Source: Massalongia carnosa (Eukaryota). Taken from it: DNA of 64,000 bases. The position numbers and the translations under genes are program-made. The notes under the pieces are model-generated. The model ran no database searches. It had not been told where the DNA came from and saw only the letters and a program-made list of their open reading frames with translations. This document shows positions 12,618-22,128 of this stretch, piece by piece; positions within the stretch are counted from its first letter, which is position 1, and each line of letters begins with the position of its first letter. The stretch spans positions 3,596,001 to 3,660,000 of the forward strand of contig OZ287067.1 in NCBI GenBank assembly GCA_965645245.1, written 5' to 3'.

Positions 12618-14206
12618 TCTTTTTCCGAGTCCTCGGACTCGGATGAGTCTTCTCGAATGGCGACTCTACTGAGATTCACTGCTTGCCTAATGCAACAGGG
12701 GTCTCGGCCCCTATGCCCTGATCCTCTGCACGACCAACATCGGCCCTGTCGTGACAGAGTCTCTCGTTCCCCGTCCTCCAACTTGGGCGGGTGAAGCGTC
12801 CCCTCGTACCAAGCTCCTACCCATCCTTCCGGTTTGGTCGAGACCTGTCCGAATTTCGAGTTCGGGTTGGCGGAGATGGCGGAGTTGGTCGTAGTCGCTT
12901 TTGGTTTGACTGTGATCGAGGTACTGGAGGTGGCGGTCGTGGTTTTGTTTAAACCACGACCGACGGAAGAAGAAGGAGAAGTCGTCGTTTTCGCGGGCTT
13001 CTGAGATTCCGACTTCGCGTACTTCTGATTCATCTCCTTTCTTCCCTGTTCGATTTTTCTGGCTTCATGCAAGAGGGTTTCTAGACTGATAAAGTCCCGT
13101 CCCAATAGAGACAGCGCGATGTTCGGCCACAGGGTGTCCTTGAACGTCTCAATTCTCTCATCCGCGGGGGTTTTTGCACGTTGCCAGAGTTTGAACATTC
13201 GATGATAGTATTCAGTCACCGTTTCATCTTTGTTCATGCTTATTTCTTTCAATTCCTTCTTCGCGTCCTTTGTCAAATATGCTATCCCGAGATAGCTCTC
13301 AATTTCCTTGAAGAACGTATTCAAAGAGAGAGTGGGACCGGCATCCACTACCCAGGTGTGTATGGCGTCGAAAATGGGATCCTTCATCTGCGATAAGGCG
13401 TAGTCGATTTTCAACTCCTCACTAGTGTACATTGGGGAGTCGGTTATGATTTTTCTTTCCACCGTAAACGCCCATGCACTATAGGCGTCTGAGTTGGAAC
13501 CGTCGAGGGCCTCCTTCGGGTTGGTGCCTTTGGGTCGATAATTGCTTAAGGGGGCAGCGACGGCGGATTGATCTTCAGTTTGACCAGTCGATGAGGTCGA
13601 CGTCTGAGTAGCTTCGCGAGCTAGACGTTTCATCTCTGATATTTCACGAATGAGGTCCGAGTTTTCCGCTTTGACCTTCTGAGTCTCCAATTTTTCAGCC
13701 GCGATATCCTCCTCAAATACTAGTCTCTCGTGATCCCAGCTCTTTATCATTCGGGTCCATTCTGCCTGTAGACCTTTTAGATCTTTGTTTCTTTTTTTCA
13801 AGTCCTGATATTTCTCGATCAAGACCTCATGTTGTAGGAGCGTGCCGGCTAGAACAGTGTACCATATGTCGCCGTCTCCCTTTAGGACGAGGGCCCTTCT
13901 CAACTCTTCTCGATTGGCCACCTTGATGATCATAGCTGATTTCGACGGATTGCTTTCCGTCAGACTTCGATAAATGGCATAATTGCTTATGTCGATTTTC
14001 GGTTCTGAGGTCGGGGCCTCGATCTTCGGTTCCCTGCCTTTGTCTTTGTTTGTCGGCAAAACAGTGTCATTTCCCACCTCTTCGTCGGCGGGTTCATATT
14101 CGCCTGGTATGCTCTGTGTCGATTGTCGCGACATGGAGCGAGCTCTAGTGTTGAAGGCCGGCCCCGAGGGAGCGACATCTCTGCTGGATGATTCTAATGA
14201 GTTCAT
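12614..14206 (-). CDS. gag: Gypsy Gag
   Basis: 530-aa ORF upstream of pol with coiled coil, capsid-like core and CWSCRGSGH..C zinc knuckle. Confidence 0.9.
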   Translation of the reverse strand: MNSLESSSRDVAPSGPAFNTRARSMSRQSTQSIPGEYEPADEEVGNDTVLPTNKDKGREPKIEAPTSEPKIDISNYAIYRSLTESNPSKSAMIIKVANREELRRALVLKGDGDIWYTVLAGTLLQHEVLIEKYQDLKKRNKDLKGLQAEWTRMIKSWDHERLVFEEDIAAEKLETQKVKAENSDLIREISEMKRLAREATQTSTSSTGQTEDQSAVAAPLSNYRPKGTNPKEALDGSNSDAYSAWAFTVERKIITDSPMYTSEELKIDYALSQMKDPIFDAIHTWVVDAGPTLSLNTFFKEIESYLGIAYLTKDAKKELKEISMNKDETVTEYYHRMFKLWQRAKTPADERIETFKDTLWPNIALSLLGRDFISLETLLHEARKIEQGRKEMNQKYAKSESQKPAKTTTSPSSSVGRGLNKTTTATSSTSITVKPKATTTNSAISANPNSKFGQVSTKPEGWVGAWYEGTLHPPKLEDGERETLSRQGRCWSCRGSGHRGRDPCCIRQAVNLSRVAIREDSSESEDSEKE

Positions 14207-14345
14207 GTTTTCTGATTAGCCTAATGATTCTGATTGTAGGTCTGAAGATTGTGTGAGGGATAAAACGAGTTCAATTTCAATAGCCTAGTTCTACACCAAA
14301 ATCTTCAGACGAAGTCTAAAAGCTTTACTCGGGCGGAGTTCTATA

Positions 14346-17300
14346 CGAGAAGACTCGGGACAGTCCCCCCCCCACCGTCCCCCCAGCGAAAATCATTGCA
14401 ACTTAGGACTAGCTACAAGCCACCTCCCCATACTAAATATGTACACGTCCACCATCTTTCCGCAAGCTTCCTCTAGCTGATTTAGCTTAGCCCCGCATTC
14501 TGAAAAATCCTCATCTATTCATACTACTACTATTACTACTACTCCTACCACTCATTGCGATGATCTCAATTCTGAAAATGCATCACTCAATTGCGAAACA
14601 TTATCCTTTCTAGGCTTCATAGTCTTAGCAACCTTTCTTGCAGCTGCGTTTTTCCTCTCCTCAGCCCTTGCTTGTTTGGCCGCTTGGTCGGCCCTCTGCT
14701 GAGACTCCAACTCCAACTGAGCCTTCGATTTTTTGGCTACCACACCCCGTGACCCTCGTGTTGTTGTTGCAGACGATGTGGATGGTAGCTGGCTAGCGCG
14801 GATGTTTTTTTGACTGAGGCTATAAAGGGAAGGAGCTTTTGGAGAGGGAACCGTTTGGGAAAGAGCCTTTTGGCTATGTTTCGCCAGCACTTCATCAATA
14901 TCTTCAAATGAATCGGAAGAAGATGCCGGGGATGGAGGGATAAAATCATCATTCTCATTCAGAGAGAGTGGAGGATCAGGGGTAGGCTGAGTTGCTATAT
15001 ATTGCAGGGCATCGTCGTCAGATACGATGATAGCATCTCCGGAATCTATACCGAATATTAGCCGCGCTACATCGATCGATTTGCTGATATCGTGGGTTTT
15101 TTATCATCAATCATACCCTTGTCTTCACCGCCTGCCCGCAATTCATCCTCATGCCTTCTTCTCCTCCCTTCTTCAATCGAGTCCTTACGTTTAGCACGTC
15201 GCTGCTTAGCTTCATGTGCCTCAGCTGCCTCACGGCCAGTGTAAGCCCGCCGGCGATTCCCACTCTTTTTATACATGAGGTTGTCCTTCGGTCGGATTTC
15301 GTCGGGGAAAGTTGTAGGGATAAGTGGCCTCGCCAGCTCCTTATCCTGCCATTTTTTATTGAAAATAGCAGTGAATTTGGCGAATTCACGAGCGTATCCC
15401 TCCCTTCTATGCACATTTTCTATTGATTTATGAAAATCAATTGATTGATGTGCGGCCGCATGCAGCAAATCAACACCCCCGCGACGAAATCTATCCCCAG
15501 TATTATTGTCAACTGCCTTCTCGATTTCCTCCTCCGGCTCAGATTCTTGACTTTGTTGAGCATTCCCCCCCTCATCCGCCTCCTCATCCTGCTCTTCTGT
15601 GGTCTTCCTGTGAGCTGCTCTCCGAAACATCTCAGCGAAATTTATGGTGGGGTCGAAAACCATGCTCCACGAGACCACAAAAGGCGGGCCATCGAAAAAC
15701 CAGCGGGGATGAATGAGGGAGATAGGTATGGGGATAACATCAATGACGCAACGATACAACCAGCATCTGCACGGAAGACCGTATCGTGGAGGCAAATCAC
15801 AATCATACATACAATCCTCACCGGTTGGTTCGATTAATGCAGTCCCTTCAACTCCAAAAGAAACCTGTTGATTGAAATCTTCGGCTAAAATTTTAGCTGC
15901 ATCCAACTCTCTAGATATGAGGTCAATAGCATGATGAGTTATTAAACCTATAAGGTCTTTGAACGCACTTCTATCCATTAGCCGGGGGTTGTTGATTCGT
16001 TGATGATTGGTTGATATTTCGTAGTCAACCTGAACCCTTTGCACTGTTTCGCATATTTTCCGCACCGAGTCCTTAATAGGTGTATGCCTATTTGTCACAT
16101 TCTTTACCAACGGATGCAAACCTTCCACCCTTTGTGTGCTATGTGCACCTAAATTAGGGAACTTTCTGGTGTATGCGGAACCAAACTGACACTCCTGACG
16201 TTGATAATAGCTAGTAAAATACTCCTGGAAATAGGAGTGAGTTAGCCCTTATTAACGTTTTTTGATGGCTTCATACCTTTTCTGAAGCATGAAGCTTCAA
16301 TATCAACGCGTTTCTCTTCTCATCCAGCTGTTCAACGGTAGGAGTTTTAATCCACTCCCATATCAATTCATGCAGTTCTTTCCGTACTTCTAAAGGATAT
16401 GAACCCGCCCTGATCAGGCGTTTCTTGATTGCCTCCGCTGCGTGCCACGTGCATAATTGCAACACACAATCAGGGTCGGTTTCGTGTATTGATTGGGCGA
16501 CTTGCCATGCAACGGTCATTGCTGCATCCGGGTTTATTTCCTTAGCCCGTTTTTTATGCATCGCTGCAGTCAATCCAGCGGCGAAGTCTCCGAGGATGAC
16601 CCTAGGACCAGGACATGTATCATGAAAAAAGAGATCTTTCATACAATCAAATAGAAACGTAAAGCACTCAGCCGATTCAGAAGTTATATAACAATAGGCC
16701 GCGGGGAAAGTCTGATTTGTGTTGGTGATGCCAACCAATACCGATAGAGGTAAGTTCAACTGATTTGTATTGAACGTAGCATCCGTTTCTATCAAAATCC
16801 ACTGACGAATCGTCTAGTCAGTCGGATCTGTTCAGAGTTACAGAAAAAGAAATGTTCAACAACACGTCTTCGGGGAGTATTTTTTTCAACGAGATATTTC
16901 TCCAAAGTCCGTACATGAAACCCTTCTTCTTCTAGAAATCCAAGTGCATAGATCAACTCTTCTTCAGGTGTATCTTTGCCCTGGGATCGAGCCAGGTTGT
17001 AATAGTCCTTCTTCGAAAGGCGCAGGCCAGTAATTCCCAAAACGCGAGATGCTTGACCGTATCTAGTTGATGCATCACGGAGACTTTTTGCTTGATCTAG
17101 GGCAGTTGCTCGATCGAGGTCTTGGCTACGATGCTCTTTGAAACCGAAGGGGTCTGTAGCCATCTCGTGATTGTGATCAGGATTGGTGATGATTAATCTC
17201 CACGATTCGTCTTTGTTTTGCTTCAGTCTTAGTCGATATTTGCACTCGTTGAACGAGACCTTCGTGTTTTTTCGTACGCGGTCCTTCTCCTCTAGCTTTC

Positions 17301-17765
17301 TAGTGTTTCTTTCTCTTTTGTGATGACGGGTGCAATCTAGTATAACGAGATGATTCTTCTTATCATTAGTCTCTGTGACCAATGCAAAGCCTTGAGTAAA
17401 GGCATAATTCTGAAGGCGGGTTTTTCCCTCCTCCCAGGAGATAAAGATTTCACTCTCACTCGGAGGAAGACGATGAGAAGACGGTAAACTCGCTATAGCC
17501 CTTTGCAAACGTGCATCCAGGGACGTTGATGTGAGGGCCATAGCAAAGAAAAAGATTAGGGAGAGAAGAAGTGCGGTCTACCTATCATAGTAATAAATTT
17601 ATACAGAGGGTTGGCTGCCTATACCTATAATATTATTAATAGAGACGGTGAACGAGGTATATGCACCTAATTATTTAGTATGGGGAGGTGGCTTGTAGCT
17701 AGTCCTAATTTGGAATGATTTTCGCTGGGGGGACGGTGGGGGGGGGACTGTCCCGAGTCTTCTCG
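14346..17765 (-). mobile_element. Mutator-like (MULE) DNA transposon inserted in the Gypsy 5' LTR
   Basis: ~95-bp TIRs starting CGAGAAGACTCGGGACAGTCCC. 9-bp TSD AGTTCTATA at 14337-45 and 17766-74. Confidence 0.93.
14552..17541 (-). pseudogene. MULE transposase (FAR1-like N-terminus, DDE core, SWIM-like Cys motif)
   Basis: C..HNH FAR1-type domain, ETDATFNTN, GDFAAG, QLCTWH, STQRVEG and YGLPCRC. Frameshift at ~16793, intron ~16228-16275. Confidence 0.85.
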
Positions 17766-17858
17766 AGTTCTATATAACCCCTGAAAAGTCGGTTCCTCGG
17801 CACATTACCTAATCGATGCTAGTCTGATGTCAGGTGACCTCAGGACCCTGACAAATCT

Positions 17859-18392
17859 GAACACCCACTGACGCTGTTTTCCTGACCCCTTTTCCACCGA
17901 GCACTCATCTGACCATATAACTCTTGACCACTGCTCAAAAGTCCACTCACGCCGCAGCAAGCACCAATCCAATCGTTTCTTGGCCACCTCAGGCGTCAAT
18001 AAAGGTCGTTTTTTAACCACCCAGTTGGTTAAACCATACAGTTTGAGTGCCCGATAAATAGTCGTACGACTGCAGCCGAGCCCCACTTCTAGTTTGATTT
18101 GTGCATAAGTGATTCGTGGATTGATTCGTGCATGCTTGATGGTATAACGTCGATCGCGTTCTGACAGCACTTCAGGCCGTCCAGAACGTGATTTAGACAC
18201 GCCGTCGTTGCGAATTGAGTGCTTCTGAATGGTGCTCTGCACGGTCGATTTAGTGAAATTAAGAGTCTTCCCAATCTCGGTCGGTGTGTGCCCCAACGCC
18301 TGGGCCCCAACAATCATACCACGTTGATATGGCATCAATTCAGTGTTACGAGGCCGATTACCACTTATGGGGGTCAAAGAAGCACGAAGCAT
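17859..18392 (-). pseudogene. Tc1-like transposase, N-terminal part
   Basis: Paired-like HTHs with RSGRP, KRPLL and VIWSDEC. Cut at the Gypsy TSD. Confidence 0.9.
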
Positions 18393-18779
18393 GGTGAAAT
18401 GATGAGGTGGAAGATGGGGGGTTGATGAGTTGAAAACGCGAAATCACGAAAATTACGGGTTGGGCCGCAGACTTTTGGCACGGGACTGTATAACTTATGC
18501 GAGATAATTGTAATAACGCCTGCATGGAGAGACCAGGCTCTTCAGCACGTGCATAGCCTTGGCTCTATTAGCCATCTATCCCACATGACGGCGGGGGGCC
18601 TCCATCGGCGAGTCCGTGCCTATATTTATACTTAGAGATGAACAGTGCTTTTAGAAAGTCTTGGGCGTCGAGTTTCTGGCCGAGCCTAGGTGCGGTCCTG
18701 AGCACGGTAAAGGTAATGGTTTTCAAGTCTTATTCAATATAGCTCCGAGCTCTAATGTCTACAATCTTCCGACGCAGCA

Positions 18780-21508
18780 ATGGCCGGTAACACGCCAGTA
18801 GTCTCTACAGGCACGAAGGATTTTGGCACGATTTCTGGCAACCAAGGCGTTGTGATCGGTGACGTCTCAGGCTATGCGAAAGTGATTGGTTTGCGTCCTG
18901 TTCACATCGATATCGATCTTATGCTAAATCCTGATTAGGCTCTCAGACAAACAATATTGTTCAATATCCAGGCAAGTCGCCATTCGCAATGATATAGCGT
19001 CCTGTGAGCCAAGGCTGATAGCATTCTGCGTTGGTAGAAAGACCCGATACCCCACCAAGCCCATCATCTGCTGTTCCTTTCCGCCGCGACCCTGATTTCG
19101 TCGATCGCGGAACGCTACTTGATCAGATCCACGAAAAGTGCTCGGCGCCAGCATCAAGGGTAGCGCTTGTCGGCCTAGGCGGCGTTGGGTAAGCCAAAGG
19201 GCCTCAGGCTAGTTCTAATAGCTTACTTTCGCAAAGAAAGTCGCAGCTTGCCATCGAGTACTGCTATCGAATCAGAGAGCAGTTGCCGACGACGTGGGTG
19301 TTCTGGATAGACGCTAGTAATGCAGCCCGTATCGAGCAAGGTTATCGGGATGTTGCAGAGCAAGTCAAGATTCGTGGCAGGGAGGACCCAAAGGCGGACA
19401 TATTCCGGCTAGTTGACAAGTGGTTACGCGACGAGAAGAACGGAAAGTGGGCTCTGGTCCTCGACAATGCCGACGAAGCTACTGTGCTTTTCGAAACTCT
19501 TGTCACGGGCCAGAAGGCGCAGGCCAGCGGGTCTAGCGGCGGGCCCACGCAATCACTGTTAGCATATCTACCTCAGAGTCGAAACGGCTCGATTCTCATC
19601 ACCTCCCGGACTAAAAGCGTGGCATTGCGGCTAGCAGAAGAAAGCGACATAATAGCGGTTGAGCCGATGGACGATACACATGCGCTAACGCTCCTTGAAA
19701 AGAAGCTGGGAGAACAGATGGACAGAGATGACACTGCTGAGCTAGCAGCAGCACTCGAATTCATGCCGCTTGCCATCGTTCAAGCGGCCGCATACATTCG
19801 ACAAAGAGTACCAAGATATTCTGTTCGACAGTACATAAAAGAGTTCTATAAAAATGATAAAAGAAAGACCAGTCTGTTGAATCACGAAGCGGGACATCTT
19901 CGCAGGGACCTGGAGGCTAAAAATTCAATCATTATAACCTGGCAAATATCGTTTGATCATATTCAACAGATCAAGCCTTCGGCAGCTAATCTGCTGTCGC
20001 TTATGAGCTTTTTCGATCGACAGGGAATTCCTGAGGCATTACTCAAGACACAAAACGAGGCAGGAAATGAAAATACGAGAGAAAATGCTGGAAATGACGA
20101 AGATGATGACCACGAAGACGATAGCGATAAGAATACCGTATCCGATTCCAGCGTCGACGAGTTTGAAGCCGACATACTTGTCTTGAGAAACTTCTCGTTC
20201 ATCACCATCAGCATGAATGAAACAACCTTTGAGATGCACGGGCTAGTGCAGCTAGCGATCAGAAAGTGGCTAGAAGCATCCAATCAGCTCGAAAGATGGA
20301 AGCAGCAGTACATCAAGAATCTCAGTATAGTATTTCCGACGGGAAATTACGAGAATTGGACAAAGTGTCAAGCGCTTTTTCCTCACGCAAAGTCGGCAGA
20401 AGCGCAGGAGCCAGCTGTCGAAAGCTCATTACAAGATTGGGCCTTGATACTATATCACGCTGCATGGTATGCGTGGGAGAAAGGGAGTTACGCTGAAGCA
20501 GCGACAATGGCCCTAAAAGCAACAAGAACCAGGCAAAAAGCGTTTGGTCCAGAGGATGAAGAGACATTGAATAGTATGGCTATGCTAGCATCGGCATACG
20601 CGGGACAAGGACGATGGACGAAGGCCGAAGAGCTGGAGGTGCAAGTGATGGAGACGAGTGCGAGGGTGCTAGGGGCGGAGCATCCAAATACGCTGCCTAG
20701 CATGGCCAATCTTGCGTCGACGTACAGGGATCAAAGACGATGGACGGAGGCCGAAGAGCTGGAGGTGCAAGTGATGGAGACAAGTACGAGGGTGCTAGGG
20801 GCGGAGCATCCTTCCACGCTGACTAGCATGGCCAATCTTGCGTCGACGTATTGGAATCAAGGACGATGGATGGAGGCCGAAGAGCTGGATGTGCAAGTGA
20901 TGGAGACGAGAAAGAGGGTGCTAGGGGCGGAGCATCCAGACACGCTGACTAGCATGGCCAATCTTGCGTCGACGTACAGGGATCAAGGACGATGGACGGA
21001 GGCCGAAGAGCTGCAGGTGCAATAGATAGAGACGAGTGCGAGGGTGCTAGGGGCGGAGCATCCTTCCACGCTAACTAGCATGGCCAATCTTTAGTTGACG
21101 TATTGGAATCAAGGACGATGGACGGAGGCCGAAGAGCTGCAGGTGCAAGAGATAGAGACGAGTGCGAGGGTGCTAGGGGCGGAGCATCCTTCCACGCTGA
21201 CTAGCATGGCTAATCTTGCGTCGACGTATTGGAACCAAGGACGATGGATGGAGGCCGAAGAGCTGGATGTGCAAGTGATGGAGACGAGAAAGAGGGTGCT
21301 AGGGGCGGAGCATCCAGACACGCTGACCAGCATGAATAACCTTGCACTCACGTGGAAGTCTCAAGACCGCAATGATGAGGCTCTCTCACTGCTAAAGGAA
21401 TGTTGTCAGCTACGAAAACACAAGCTGGGTCCTCAACATCCTGATACAGAGTCTTCCCTTAAGCATCTCAATGAGTGGCAGATGGAGAGTTTATCATTGG
21501 AGTCTTAA
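18780..21508 (+). CDS. NLR: N-terminal candidate amyloid motif + NB-ARC-type NTPase + TPR array; two TAG stops in one TPR unit (truncated or pseudogene)
   Basis: Spliced model with introns 18889-18938, 18972-19037 (GC donor) and 19189-19236: MAGNTPVVSTGTKDFGTISGNQGVVIGDVSGYAKVIGSQTNNIVQYPERPDTPP..VPFRRDPDFVDR..GLGGVGKSQLA (Walker A), LVLDNAD (Walker B), MPLAIVQAA, MHGLVQ, then TPRs. TAG at 21023-25 and 21092-94. Confidence 0.9.
20540..21460 (+). repeat. 126-bp tandem TPR-coding repeats (~7 units, high internal identity)
   Basis: Recurrent GTGCTAGGGGCGGAGCATCC...AGCATGGCCAATCTTGCGTCGACGTA at 126-bp period. Confidence 0.95.
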
Positions 21509-21675
21509 AGCGATTCATATAATTCAGAACTAAATCCCACTACCCTTGAAACTTGATCTTCTGAGCGGTTGATGAACAAAGCAGTGTAAGAATACTACTT
21601 TTTATTTTGTCCAAAGCTGAAAGCTCAGATCATGAGTGACAGAATGATCAAGCTCGCTGACGCACGCGACTACCC

Positions 21676-22128
21676 CTAGGTTTTACACTCGCCCGCGTTA
21701 GCAGAGAGGCCTAAGCGGTGCGCTCTAACTGTTCCAAATAGCAGGAAGTCGTCAAACCTTCTACCTTGAGCATTCACCTCCGCACCCTTGTCCAGCAACA
21801 TCTCCAAAACCTTCTCGTGGCCTAGTTCTGCTGCCCAAATTAACGCTGTCCGCCAGTGCTGATCTTGTGCCTCCAGATCTACCAATTTAGCATCCTCGAT
21901 CATTCTCAGGATGACTTCGCGTTCATTGAACGCTGCAAGCCTGTTGTCATTCATGACCGGCTGATCTTCATATCGTGATAAAGCCCGCCACAGTAAGGGA
22001 AATCATAGTCGAGGTTAATTATCTTCTCCTCGGCTTAGTTCACGGTCCCTTGACATATCTGCATCTTTCAACCCGAAAGTAGCATAAGTAGCATTTCGGA
22101 AATGGGCCGTCTGATGTTCAGAACCTGA
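21676..22128 (-). pseudogene. Ankyrin-repeat gene relic truncated by a Copia LTR
   Basis: DLEAQDQHWRTALIWAAELGHEKVLEMLLDKGAEVNAQG. Confidence 0.7.

Larger units (their letters stand above)
8373..17853 (-). mobile_element. Full-length chromoviral Ty3/Gypsy LTR retrotransposon (5' LTR interrupted by a MULE)
   Basis: 173-bp LTRs TG..CA at 8373-8545 and at 14252-14345 plus 17775-17853, with one visible mismatch. TSD AATCT at 8368-72 and 17854-58. PPT abuts 8546. Confidence 0.95.
7666..18488 (-). mobile_element. Tc1/mariner element interrupted by a Gypsy retrotransposon
   Basis: TIRs CAGT(n5)GCCAAAAGTCTGCGGCCC at both ends, with TA at 7664-65 and 18489-90. The transposase is split into 17859-18392 (HTH, WSDEC) and 7822-8367 (MQDNAP, DLNPIE). 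Confidence 0.92.

Noticed and set aside
17805..17858. C-terminal tail of the 195-aa transposase ORF
   Set aside because: It is read-through into the Gypsy LTR. The true continuation is at 8367.
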